64,000 bases of DNA from Fimbriimonadales bacterium (GCA_046330175.1 JAXLTG010000001.1:723599-787598); one strand, 5' to 3'; shown: positions 47,000 to 56,568, counted from the stretch's first letter. Notes: a model not told the origin generated them from the letters alone. Made by a program: numbers and translations.

Positions 47000-47584
47000 G
47001 TGAAGCAGGAATCGCAAGAACTAACCCGACTCCTCGAGCGCGCCAGAAATGGCGATCAGAGGTCCTGGGAGCAGCTCGTGAAGCGGTTCCAAAGCCTCGT
47101 CTGGTCCATCCCGATGCGCAAGGGTCTCAGCCGAGAGGACTGTGCCGACACCTTCCAGAACACGTTTTTGCAGTTTCACCGGAATTTGGATCGCATCGAG
47201 AGCGCGCTCGCCGTACCGAAGTGGCTGGCGGTGACCGCTTCACGCGAGGCTCTCCGGATTCTGAGAACCAATCCAAAGCGGGCATCCCTGGACGATCCGG
47301 AAGAGCAGGGCCTGGACGAACTCGTGGCGCTGGAGGATAGATCAGCAGAGGTGTCGGCGATAGAGTCGGTGAGGGCCGATCTGCTCAGGGAATCCGTTCG
47401 TGCCGTTGGTGGCAAGTGCTCGAAATTGCTCTGGGTGCTGTTTTTCGAGGATTTCGAGAGTTACGAGGAGGTCGGTACCAAACTCGGGATGCCGGTTGGG
47501 GCCATTGGACCGACTCGCTCAAGGTGCTTGGCGAAGCTGAGGGAGCTGCTTAAAAGGGAGGATTTCTTCGATGAGGACTGTTAA
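47000..47584 (+). CDS. ECF-type RNA polymerase sigma-70 factor.
   Basis: Region 2 (SWEQLVKRFQSLVWSIPMRKGLSREDCADTFQNTFLQFHRN) and region 4 HTH (SYEEVGTKLGMPVGAIGPTRSRCLAKLRELL). Confidence 0.85.
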   Translation: MKQESQELTRLLERARNGDQRSWEQLVKRFQSLVWSIPMRKGLSREDCADTFQNTFLQFHRNLDRIESALAVPKWLAVTASREALRILRTNPKRASLDDPEEQGLDELVALEDRSAEVSAIESVRADLLRESVRAVGGKCSKLLWVLFFEDFESYEEVGTKLGMPVGAIGPTRSRCLAKLRELLKREDFFDEDC

Positions 47585-47623
47585 TGTATCAGGCCATCCC
47601 CTCTGTGGCTCAAGAATAAGCGT

Positions 47624-48163
47624 ATGAACTCGGAATGCAAACTGATCCAAGATCGGCTTGTCGCCGTCGCGTTTGGGGAAAACGACGCCGAGGCGGAAGC
47701 CCATGCCAACCTATGCACCGGGTGCGCACAGTTCCTTGCGGAGTTGCGGTCCATCCAGACCGTGTCTGCGATAACGGTTCAGAATGCGCCATCCGACGTG
47801 CTTGCTGCAGCCATCGGGATTGTGGGGGACAGTAGCCCAGGGCTGGTTCGGCTCATCGCGTCGAACTTGGCCACAGCCGGCGTTCGAGCCGCTGCCGCTG
47901 TGCACGCAGTCCAATTGGTGTTCGAAACACCGATAGGAATCGTGCGAGTGCAGTACACCAAAGAGGGAAAGGCTTGGGTTGCGAGCTGTGAGCTGCCGGA
48001 AGGTGTAGAGCTTATTCGCCGAGGCACGGCTGTAGCTGTGAACAACGGAATTGCGGAATTCGGGTTCGCCAGACCACAAGATTCATCATTTGTCGTTCGG
48101 CGCGGAAACATTGAGGCTAAAATCCCCTCATTCAATGAGGCGGCAAGTCTCGACACCGACTGA
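47624..48163 (+). CDS. Putative anti-sigma factor (zf-HC2 type), 179 aa.
   Basis: HANLCTGC zinc-finger motif (H-x3-C-x2-C) about 30 aa from the N-terminus. Lies 39 nt after the sigma gene. A hydrophobic stretch is present mid-protein. Confidence 0.6.
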   Translation: MNSECKLIQDRLVAVAFGENDAEAEAHANLCTGCAQFLAELRSIQTVSAITVQNAPSDVLAAAIGIVGDSSPGLVRLIASNLATAGVRAAAAVHAVQLVFETPIGIVRVQYTKEGKAWVASCELPEGVELIRRGTAVAVNNGIAEFGFARPQDSSFVVRRGNIEAKIPSFNEAASLDTD

Positions 48164-50771
48164 AGAGTTACAGTTACTGCTTAGCGCCACAAGTCCCGCT
48201 TCAAGGCAACGGACGGTTGACACGTCTGCCGACCCGGCGGGATTGGCGGCGGCGCTCTTCGATCATGTGACGACTCTCGCGGCGTCAGATCCGCGAAGCT
48301 CTGAGCACGCTTCTCGGCTTTACAAGCATTTCAATCGGAACTCAGCGGCGGTGGTTTATGCGGCAAGAGCACGTGCCACCGGCTTGCGATCACAAGGAAA
48401 GTGGATCGCGGCAGCCGAGCTGCTCAACGAACGGGCAGATGTTGTTTCAGATACCGCCGACAAATGGATCTTAAGGACGGGTGTGGTTGATTCTCTTGCT
48501 CGAGCAGGGATGACACTCGAAGCGATCGCCCTCGGCGAACGCGGCTACCAGGAGCTGCAAAGCATTGGCCGAAACGATTTAGCGCGACGCATCGCTCTGA
48601 ACCTTGGAAACGCTTATCTTTGGTCTGATCGTTATGCGGATGCCATCCGCTGTTATGCGCTTGCTCACGAAGATTCGGGTCCCAAAGACGAAGCATTGAG
48701 GGCGTACGCGTATTTAGGGCAGTCCTCAGCGAATCTGTATGGAGGTGACGTTAAGGAGGCCCAGACGCTTGCTTTGCTTGCGCGTGATCTGTTCACGAAG
48801 ATGGGAGCAGATTACTACGCGATTATCTGCGGAGAGAATCTTGCACGGGCACAGATGCTGCTCGGTAACCCGGAGCAAGCTGTTCGCACACTCCGTGACA
48901 TGAATCGTCTGATAGATCGAGAAGATGCAGAGACGGGTCGAGTGAACGAATTCCTCGGCGATGCTCTGTTCAGTCTCAACCTGTTCACTGAATCCGCCGC
49001 GTCATATCGGAAGGCTCTTTCGATGCCGCAGAGTCAAACAACTCCGCTGCAGCGAGGCAATTGCGCACTCGGTCTTGGAAAATGTTATTCAGAATTAGGT
49101 GAATACCGTCTTTCGCTAATCTGGCTCAACAAGGCGGAGAGGATGTTCGCAAAGGCTGCGAATGAGCCGTGGAGGGCGGCTGCGTTTGCGGACATCGCTA
49201 AGACGCTGCGAAGGTCTGGTCGGCCCGCAAAGGCAATCGAGAAAATTGATATCGCGATACAGAAGTTGAAAGAGACCGATTCTTACGCCAGTCTGGCAGT
49301 GGCGTTGATTGAGAGGCATCTGATCATGATGGCGACAGGCGATTCTGACTTGCGGTCTCTCGTGGAGGCAATTGAGATCATCGAGCGATTCGGGGTTCAC
49401 AGCCTTCGGTGGGAGACGGAGTGGCGAGTTGCGCAGCAGTGCCCGCACAAAGAGGAGCAGCTTCAATCGCTGCTTGGAATTTGTGGAAATCTGATAGCGG
49501 GTGCTCGTGCAATAGAAACGCTTCCCGCGAGAATTGCCTACTTTCACGATAAGACTGAACTGTTCCGCGAGACGATTGATCTCCTCTTGGACAGCGGCAG
49601 AAACGACCACGTTCAATCAGCCGTGAACCTGATCGGTGCCATTCGCGGTTCTACGCTTATCGTGCAGCGTAATGAAGAAGTAGACGATCGGTTCTTGGAA
49701 GTAAGTGAGCTTCGTCAGGAGATCAGTGTGTTGACCGGCGCATACAAGCGCGGGCTTCCGACCCCCCGAGCGAAGTGGGAAACGGCTCAGAAGCGGCTGC
49801 GGGAGCTGCTTGAGTCTGAACCTTTGATTCCTGGAACGGTCGCCTCGCCGTCGCCAAAGTGCGTCATTTATCATGTTCGCGAAGCTCGTGTAGCGGCGTT
49901 ATTCGGCTCGGTAACGAGCGAACTGAGCTTATCGGAAAGTTCGATTCGCTCAGAAGCCCGAGCTAGTGCAATGAGAATCGGCTCGTTTGAAACGGGAAGG
50001 CCGGTAGCTGCTGACGTAATTGAGAGCCACGCGATCGCACTGGCGAGTGAATTGGGACTGAGCGGAACTGAGGCGCGTGGTTTGATTTCGCCGGACGCGG
50101 ATATGTGGCGACTTCCCTGGGGGTTGATTGGCGGCGCCGCAGGTTTTGAACCGCTGCTTGCAATCAGTCCTGCGGTGCCCGATGCAGTACTTCGTTCAAA
50201 ACTGCCTGCGAATCCTTCGGCGATGGTGTTCGCGTACGATGGCAAAGATCTGCCTTTAGCAAAACTAGAACTTCGGCAGTTCCTTAACAGGTTTCCGAGT
50301 TCGGTCGTAATACGCAATGCAGCCCAACTCGAATCCGCGATGAAGCGATCCCGCGCAGATATTCTTCACATCATTGGACACGGGCAGTTCAACCGCGAGA
50401 ACCCGATGTTTTCAACCGTTGAGACGGCTGGCACTTCCGTGACAGCGGCAGAGATTGCCACAAGTGGGATTCGAGCACGGTTTGTTTCTCTGTCGGCGTG
50501 CCAACTTGGCGGTCTAGGAGGCAGCAGAGTTGAGCCGGAGGGAATGGTGAGGGCGTTTCTGTCGGCCCGGTCTGAGTTCGTCCTCGCGAGCGCGTGGAAC
50601 GTGGGGGATAAACAGGCGGCCCAATTTTCTGCGAGGTTTTTCGGGAGCCTAGCCGGGAATCGGCCCGATGAGGCTCTCAAGGATGCAAGAATGTATCTCA
50701 GAACGAAGGAGCCGCATCCTTACCACTGGGCCCCGTACCAACTTTACGTAGGCCCGAAACATTGGTCATGA
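48135..50771 (+). CDS. TPR-CHAT protein. An N-terminal TPR-like helical repeat region of about 600 aa precedes a C-terminal CHAT (caspase-like) protease domain.
   Basis: CHAT signature ADILHIIGHGQF (catalytic His) ... FVSLSACQLGG (catalytic Cys) ... LASAWNVGDKQAAQFSARFF. TPR-like repeats are present (e.g. LNLGNAYLWSDRYADAIRCYALA). Overlaps the anti-sigma stop. No NTPase motif. Confidence 0.8.
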   Translation: MRRQVSTPTEELQLLLSATSPASRQRTVDTSADPAGLAAALFDHVTTLAASDPRSSEHASRLYKHFNRNSAAVVYAARARATGLRSQGKWIAAAELLNERADVVSDTADKWILRTGVVDSLARAGMTLEAIALGERGYQELQSIGRNDLARRIALNLGNAYLWSDRYADAIRCYALAHEDSGPKDEALRAYAYLGQSSANLYGGDVKEAQTLALLARDLFTKMGADYYAIICGENLARAQMLLGNPEQAVRTLRDMNRLIDREDAETGRVNEFLGDALFSLNLFTESAASYRKALSMPQSQTTPLQRGNCALGLGKCYSELGEYRLSLIWLNKAERMFAKAANEPWRAAAFADIAKTLRRSGRPAKAIEKIDIAIQKLKETDSYASLAVALIERHLIMMATGDSDLRSLVEAIEIIERFGVHSLRWETEWRVAQQCPHKEEQLQSLLGICGNLIAGARAIETLPARIAYFHDKTELFRETIDLLLDSGRNDHVQSAVNLIGAIRGSTLIVQRNEEVDDRFLEVSELRQEISVLTGAYKRGLPTPRAKWETAQKRLRELLESEPLIPGTVASPSPKCVIYHVREARVAALFGSVTSELSLSESSIRSEARASAMRIGSFETGRPVAADVIESHAIALASELGLSGTEARGLISPDADMWRLPWGLIGGAAGFEPLLAISPAVPDAVLRSKLPANPSAMVFAYDGKDLPLAKLELRQFLNRFPSSVVIRNAAQLESAMKRSRADILHIIGHGQFNRENPMFSTVETAGTSVTAAEIATSGIRARFVSLSACQLGGLGGSRVEPEGMVRAFLSARSEFVLASAWNVGDKQAAQFSARFFGSLAGNRPDEALKDARMYLRTKEPHPYHWAPYQLYVGPKHWS

Positions 50772-51967
50772 GAATTTTTGCGAAGATTATTTGGACAGCT
50801 TGCCTGGTTAGCGTTATGGGAAGCGCTTCGGCGACGGGCTGGCTGATTTGTCAATTGGCGCCAGGCACAAATGAGAATGCGGTCGCGAGCGATTACGGTA
50901 TTGAGGTTAGAGACCACACGAAGCCTTCTCCGTTCTACTTGTTCTGGATTCCTGATTCTCGGCTGCCCGAGGACCTGCAAATTCAGATGCAGTTTGACAT
51001 TCGGGTTTTGTGGGCAGAAGACAATGTGGACGTCGAGATGCCCGAGCATGTCGGTGGAGGCAAGGGTGCATCAGTAGGTGTCGTCAACGACCCATTTGCG
51101 TTCTTCAACTTGAACGATCATGCCTTAGATCAAGTTTTCTATGCGCCTCCGACGTTTTTTGGAACGCCAACTCCGGTCAGAGTTGGTGTGATTGACACCG
51201 GACTTTCGGGGCTTGAACGTCGAACTTGGACGAAGCGAGTCGTTGCGAGCGCGAATTTTGTCGAGGCGTTGCGCCCAGCCTTCGACCGACCGATGAACAC
51301 AGACTCAAGCGGCAACGGTATTCCTGACGAAGCGGTCGGACACGGCACGATGGTGGCGAGCATGATTGCGGAAATGACAGTGAATTTTCCGCTCGTCATC
51401 GTCCGGGCAGCGGACAGCGATGGGAAGTCAAGTTCTTGGCTGCTTACGAAAGCGCTCGCGTTCGCCGCGCGCAACGGATGCCGCGTGATTAATCTCTCTC
51501 TTGGTTCGGTGGGCAGGATAGCTGCGATGAGCCACGTACTAGATTGGACACAAGGGCAGAATATTGCTGTCATCGCTGCAGCCGGAAACAATGGAATTCA
51601 GACCGACTTCTATCCGGCAAGCTACAGCAACGCGATCAGTGTTTGCGCAGTGGATCCGGGCGACATCAAGGCACCGTTCTCGAACTACGAAGGGACAGTT
51701 GATTCCGCTGCCCCCGGCACGGGAATTTTGGCCAAGTTTTGGAAGCTCGATTATGCGATTGGTTCGGGGACTTCGTTTTCCACGCCGTTCGTTTCGGCCG
51801 GCGTGGCGATTGCGTACGCCTTCAACCCTTCCGTGACAGTGAGCGAGTTGAGAGTCGCTGTCGAAGTCACTGGCGACAATATTGATGGGCTTAACCCCTT
51901 GTACCAGGGAAAGATCGGGACGAGGCTGAACATTATCCGTCTGGTTGAATACTTGCGCGGCAATTAG
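50762..51967 (+). CDS. Subtilisin-like serine protease (peptidase S8). Secreted.
   Basis: Catalytic triad contexts VIDTGL (Asp), GHGTMVASMIAE (His), GTSFSTPFVSAGVA (Ser). Signal peptide. Start overlaps the CHAT gene stop by 10 nt. Confidence 0.85.
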   Translation: MVMRIFAKIIWTACLVSVMGSASATGWLICQLAPGTNENAVASDYGIEVRDHTKPSPFYLFWIPDSRLPEDLQIQMQFDIRVLWAEDNVDVEMPEHVGGGKGASVGVVNDPFAFFNLNDHALDQVFYAPPTFFGTPTPVRVGVIDTGLSGLERRTWTKRVVASANFVEALRPAFDRPMNTDSSGNGIPDEAVGHGTMVASMIAEMTVNFPLVIVRAADSDGKSSSWLLTKALAFAARNGCRVINLSLGSVGRIAAMSHVLDWTQGQNIAVIAAAGNNGIQTDFYPASYSNAISVCAVDPGDIKAPFSNYEGTVDSAAPGTGILAKFWKLDYAIGSGTSFSTPFVSAGVAIAYAFNPSVTVSELRVAVEVTGDNIDGLNPLYQGKIGTRLNIIRLVEYLRGN

Positions 51968-52010
51968 CGTATTCTCTCGCTTTGTGAGTGACAGTCTGTT
52001 CTCTGAGCCG

Positions 52011-52454
52011 ATGCCCGGCGTCCTGGTTCGGTCTTTGCGCAAGTTTTCGGACGCCCGCGGCTGGCTTATCGAGACTTTTCGCGATGACGAGCTGCCCGAG
52101 GGGTTTGACCCAACGATGGGCTACATAAGTCTGACCCATCCCGGTGTTGCGCGCGGCCCTCACGAGCACAAAGATCAAACCGATGGATTTGTATTTCTTT
52201 CAGGCAAGTTTCGGCTGTACCTTTGGGAAAACAGGCAGGGAAGTGATCCGCAAGAGTTGACGATGGACGTAGGGGAGGAGAACCCGACTTTTGTGACAGT
52301 GCCTCCGGGTGTTGTGCACGCGTACAAAAACATCGGCGACGGCGATGCGTTTGTGTTGAACTTTCCAGACCAGTTGTTTATGGGATGGGGGAAGAAAGAG
52401 CCTGTGGATGAAATTCGGCACGAAGATGATCCTGATTCGAGGTTTCAGCTTTGA
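52011..52454 (+). CDS. rmlC: dTDP-4-dehydrorhamnose 3,5-epimerase (cupin).
   Basis: RKFSDARGWLIETFR and GVARGPHEHKDQTDGFVFLSG are RmlC-like. Start trimmed to the internal Met. Confidence 0.75.
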   Translation: MPGVLVRSLRKFSDARGWLIETFRDDELPEGFDPTMGYISLTHPGVARGPHEHKDQTDGFVFLSGKFRLYLWENRQGSDPQELTMDVGEENPTFVTVPPGVVHAYKNIGDGDAFVLNFPDQLFMGWGKKEPVDEIRHEDDPDSRFQL

Positions 52455-53479
52455 GGATTTTGGTGACCGGCTGCGCCGGATTTATCGGCAGCAACTTTTG
52501 CCGGTATGTGTTGGAAAAGTACGCGGACGATCATGTCATTGGGTTAGATGCGCTTACCTACTCTGGCAACCTTTCGACGATCGCTGATTTACAGCTGAAC
52601 GAGAAATTTTCTTTCGTCCATGCACGCATCGAGGATCAAGCCACCGTCGAAAAAGTGATCGTGGACGAGAAGATTGATTCAATTGTCAATTTCGCAGCGG
52701 AGACGCACAATGACAGAAGCATTTTGGAAGATGCTGACTTCTTGACGACAAACGTGATTGGAGTCAATCGCCTGTTATCTGCAGTTAGGAAGTTAGAAGT
52801 GCAGAAAATGGTGCACGTCAGCACGGACGAGGTTTACGGATCGATTGACGTCGGTGAGTTTACGGAAGAGTCGCCGATACAGCCGAACACCCCATACAGC
52901 GCGAGTAAAGCGTCTGGCGATTTGCAATGCCGGGCACACTTCGTCACCTACAAAACGCCAGTCGTTGTGACACGCGGCGGCAACACTTATGGGCCGTATC
53001 AATATCCGGAAAAGCTGATCTCGTTTTTCTCCGTTCGACTCATAGACGGAAAGAAGGTGCCGGTGTACGGCGATGGCACTCAGGTGAGAGAGTGGATTCA
53101 TGCACGCGACCACGCGGCGGGAATTGACCTTGCACTACGCCGAGGTGAGCCTGGGGAGGTTTACAACATCGGCGATCAGAACGAAAGACAGAATATGCAG
53201 ATTGTTTCGCTGTTGCTGTCTGAATTGGGGCAGTCAAGTGAGTTGGTTAAGCAGATTCCTGACCCAAGAAAAGGCGCGCACGATAAGCGATACAGCATGA
53301 GCGCGGCGAAGATTTCGTCTTTAGGTTGGTCGCCGCAAGTTCCGTTTGAGCAAGGGATGCGTGAAACCATTCGTTGGTATAAAGAAAACCGTGAATGGTG
53401 GGGGCCGATTTGCGATCGAGCCGAGTACCAGGCGTTTGTGAAGCGGTTCTACGGCCCGGGGCTGGGCGAAGACCTTTAG
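52451..53479 (+). CDS. rmlB: dTDP-glucose 4,6-dehydratase.
   Basis: MRILVTGCAGFIGSNF Rossmann motif. YSASKASGD catalytic YxxxK. Overlaps rmlC (ATGA). Confidence 0.9.
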   Translation: MRILVTGCAGFIGSNFCRYVLEKYADDHVIGLDALTYSGNLSTIADLQLNEKFSFVHARIEDQATVEKVIVDEKIDSIVNFAAETHNDRSILEDADFLTTNVIGVNRLLSAVRKLEVQKMVHVSTDEVYGSIDVGEFTEESPIQPNTPYSASKASGDLQCRAHFVTYKTPVVVTRGGNTYGPYQYPEKLISFFSVRLIDGKKVPVYGDGTQVREWIHARDHAAGIDLALRRGEPGEVYNIGDQNERQNMQIVSLLLSELGQSSELVKQIPDPRKGAHDKRYSMSAAKISSLGWSPQVPFEQGMRETIRWYKENREWWGPICDRAEYQAFVKRFYGPGLGEDL

Positions 53480-53566
53480 CTGGCCCCGCGCCCTGCGAAG
53501 AAAAACATTCGACGTAAAGGAACGAAACAGTACTCGTCAATCGTTTGTCAAAGGAGAGGTGAGAGG

Positions 53567-54187
53567 ATGAAGTTATTTCCCGTGGTGGTTCTGTTCGGTG
53601 CCGTCGCAGCGATTATCGGTGCAAGGTGGGTTGGCTCACCTGCGGTTGACAGAGAAACTCAACCGAACTCCGAGGCGGATGGAAAAGCGGAGAAGTTCCT
53701 CGAATGGGTTGAGAGCATCCTAAACGAACTGCCGACTGACGGCCAGTTCGGGATAAGTCGTGTTCCTCGTCTCCATGGCACCGACCTTCGGGAGGGTGGG
53801 CTGAATAGGCCGGATGGTGCTCTTCCCAAGAATCAGAACTTTCAAGAGCTCTCAAAAGATTACTTGCTTTGGTTTCAAACGTGGAGTTCATCGGAATCTG
53901 CTGACACGATGAGAGTCAGAAGGTGGGGTGAAGGCAAAGGCGGAGATGCAAAAGATGCGCTGCAGTTTTACAAAACGCTCTACGGTACTGAGACGAAGAA
54001 GAAAATTTTGGATTTCTTGGGTTCGCACAAGAAATCCGGGCGATTAACCCTGACTTCCGGTTCGCACAAAATGACCATGAACCTACGGGCCATCTATGCC
54101 TCTTCTGAAAAGTGTTACTCGTGTCACACGAATGTGAAGAAGGGTGATCCTATTGGCGTGGTTACTCTGACGAGAGTCCAACAGTAG
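53567..54187 (+). CDS. Secreted protein with a single C-terminal CxxCH haem-binding motif (Tll0287/DUF3365-like).
   Basis: Signal peptide MKLFPVVVLFGAVAAIIG. CYSCH located 22 aa from the C-terminus. Confidence 0.4.
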   Translation: MKLFPVVVLFGAVAAIIGARWVGSPAVDRETQPNSEADGKAEKFLEWVESILNELPTDGQFGISRVPRLHGTDLREGGLNRPDGALPKNQNFQELSKDYLLWFQTWSSSESADTMRVRRWGEGKGGDAKDALQFYKTLYGTETKKKILDFLGSHKKSGRLTLTSGSHKMTMNLRAIYASSEKCYSCHTNVKKGDPIGVVTLTRVQQ

Positions 54188-54228
54188 ATGTAAGGCTTGC
54201 GCTCTCGTGCGGGATCGGATTACCCACT

Positions 54229-56568
54229 CTATTCTCTTCGAATCGGTATCTCGACGCGACTCGGATTTCCGAGAACCGGAATAACCCACACAGGCTCGAG
54301 GTTGACCGCGAGCTCAGGGTCCTCTAACGAGTCCGGATTGATTGAAAGCTCGACAGGAACCGAAGGAGCGAAACCAGTCAGCAGCGCGATGCCGTCCTCA
54401 TCGGTTATGCCGACGAGATCGCGTCGGGCGACGCGAAAACTTGCGCCCGCAATAGGCGTGTCTCCATCGTCAAACCTTCCATTGCGATTCACATCAACAA
54501 ATGCGCGAACCGAAACGAGACCCGATGCTGCCGAGCCTTCCGGCAACAAGCGAACAGCGCCGGAACGTGGATCTGCGCCAATACTCGTTGAGTATGTGAG
54601 CGACCCGAAAAACCGCCCATCTTGGTTCACTTGCAGATCAAGTCCAAAATTGCCGGTGGAAAACGCGCGCACCAAACTCACGAATGCGACCAGGTCGTCT
54701 TCTCCGTAGAATAGCTTGCGAATCCCTGTGTTCAGGCGAAAAGTTTTCGAGCTCCCGAAGTCTGCGCTGACGGATGCGCTTCTAAGAAACTGATTGCCGA
54801 GCGCGTAACCGAGTTCGCCTCGGAGCCACTGCGACCCGATCTTTTTCCGAACGGCGAACCGGCCCCATTCTGTTCCGTCAATTGTTGACTCGCTCCTCAT
54901 ATAAAGGCTGTTCGAAACGCTGATGCCTCCGAACGTTCCTGCGATCCGGCTGGAGAGCTGAAACTGTGGTCCTCGGTTTGTGAACTCTCGATATCTGAGT
55001 GTGATTGAGCCAAACAGCGGTATGTAAGAGGAGAATCGAAGAGGCGTGTCAACCCGCAAGTTTGCATCCAACCGAATAGGAGTTGAAACCGAGGAGATCG
55101 TTTCACTGATGTAGCCACCAGCAAAAACCCCCACGCTTGCCGCGACATTCTTGTCGCCAACGCGGGTTTGAAGTGAAGCCACCGAGCCCAGTGCGCCGTC
55201 TGAGTTGGCAATGACGTCAAACGAGCCGAGCGCAGATCCGATTTTTAGCCTTACGCCGAGGGAAAAGTAGTCTCTTGGCTCTGCGAGAACGGCTCTGCCG
55301 GAGATTGAGGTTTGCGAGTTGATTGTGTGTTCGACCTCTGCGAGCAGCCTCCAGTCAGGATTCACACCATTGCCACGAAGATACTCCTGCATCGCCGAAA
55401 TTCGGTAGTTGGTCTCGCCGGGCCTCGTGTATCCATAGCCAACAAACTGCTTTCGCTCATCTGTTTTGGTTTCGCCGTTAGGTCCGATTGAGACGATTTT
55501 AAACCGGTTTTCACCAACCACTAACGCGACGTTTGTAAATTTGTAGCCACCGAATTCATCCGTCGTACCCGTATCTATCAGTAGTCCGTCACGGTATAGC
55601 TCAGTTCGCCAACCAGGAAGGCTCGTGCCGACAATCGTTGTCTCGTTGAGATCGGCAGAACGCGAGACAGGAAAGCTTGAAACCTCGAAACCTCTGCCAC
55701 GCTTTGGAAGCGCAACATGGGAGATGCTGGCAGACCAAACGTCACCAAGCGCAAAAGTTCGCGCCCGCAATGGTCCTAAGAGGTTCCCCTCTTCGCTTGT
55801 CCGCGAAAGCTGGAATCTGACCGATTCGAGCGGGCGGGTCCAGTCACCGATAGCGGAAAGTCTCGCGTTCATGCTCAGAAGGTCCGCAGTGGCGAACAGA
55901 TTGAATCTTTGCGAAATATCTCCTGATCCATCTTGGCGCGTGGAGGTAAGTGAGAAGTCGAGCGTCGGAACGGAAAACATTGCGGGAATCGGGGCTTTCA
56001 ATCCTGGCGGTGGCGTTCGCTTCGGCTTTGCATATGCGGGGACGCGAGGCACCGCGCGATTTGCGCGAATAGCTTCCTCGATTGGCAATTCGAACTCCGG
56101 ATTGAGCCGAAGCTCGAGTTTTGGGAATGAGAACTCGAAGTCCGATTTCAACCAAGCCGCGATGATGCTGACGTCAAGATGAATCTCCCCGTCAAGCATC
56201 AGCACGCTGCCTATAGGCATCTGCTGCGTAACTCTTGCAATCGTTAGTGTGGCGGTTCCGGACGAGTACGCGAGACCGCGATCTCGCTTCGGCAGGTCAG
56301 CCCGAAATTCGCCATTCAGCTCCGACGAAGCGATGCCGAGTGAACTACAGAAGACGTGAATGGGAAAGAACAGCCGCGAATTTCCGTCAACGGCGGCAGG
56401 AATCGCCTCGGAAACCAGACGATTTCGTAACCGTATCGCGACAAGAATGCGTTCGTAGTCACCCGCCGGGCGGCTAACCTCATCGTCCGACTTTGGTTGC
56501 GCCCAAGCGACGCACATGCACCCGATCAGAGCGATGTGTGAGAGTCCCCTAGTGAGCGCCATGACCAA
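54229..56568 (-). CDS. Outer-membrane usher of an archaic chaperone-usher pilus system.
   Basis: 779-aa beta-rich secreted protein immediately downstream of a PapD-like chaperone and an SCPU pilin, in the canonical gene order. Assignment rests mainly on context and size. Confidence 0.55.
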   Translation of the reverse strand: MVMALTRGLSHIALIGCMCVAWAQPKSDDEVSRPAGDYERILVAIRLRNRLVSEAIPAAVDGNSRLFFPIHVFCSSLGIASSELNGEFRADLPKRDRGLAYSSGTATLTIARVTQQMPIGSVLMLDGEIHLDVSIIAAWLKSDFEFSFPKLELRLNPEFELPIEEAIRANRAVPRVPAYAKPKRTPPPGLKAPIPAMFSVPTLDFSLTSTRQDGSGDISQRFNLFATADLLSMNARLSAIGDWTRPLESVRFQLSRTSEEGNLLGPLRARTFALGDVWSASISHVALPKRGRGFEVSSFPVSRSADLNETTIVGTSLPGWRTELYRDGLLIDTGTTDEFGGYKFTNVALVVGENRFKIVSIGPNGETKTDERKQFVGYGYTRPGETNYRISAMQEYLRGNGVNPDWRLLAEVEHTINSQTSISGRAVLAEPRDYFSLGVRLKIGSALGSFDVIANSDGALGSVASLQTRVGDKNVAASVGVFAGGYISETISSVSTPIRLDANLRVDTPLRFSSYIPLFGSITLRYREFTNRGPQFQLSSRIAGTFGGISVSNSLYMRSESTIDGTEWGRFAVRKKIGSQWLRGELGYALGNQFLRSASVSADFGSSKTFRLNTGIRKLFYGEDDLVAFVSLVRAFSTGNFGLDLQVNQDGRFFGSLTYSTSIGADPRSGAVRLLPEGSAASGLVSVRAFVDVNRNGRFDDGDTPIAGASFRVARRDLVGITDEDGIALLTGFAPSVPVELSINPDSLEDPELAVNLEPVWVIPVLGNPSRVEIPIRRE

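Noticed and set aside
47000-51967. Type III-E CRISPR-Cas (Craspase) locus
   Set aside because: TPR-CHAT and sigma/anti-sigma components are present, but there is no Cas7-11/gRAMP, Csx30/31 or CRISPR array anywhere in the window. It is treated instead as a Cas-independent module.
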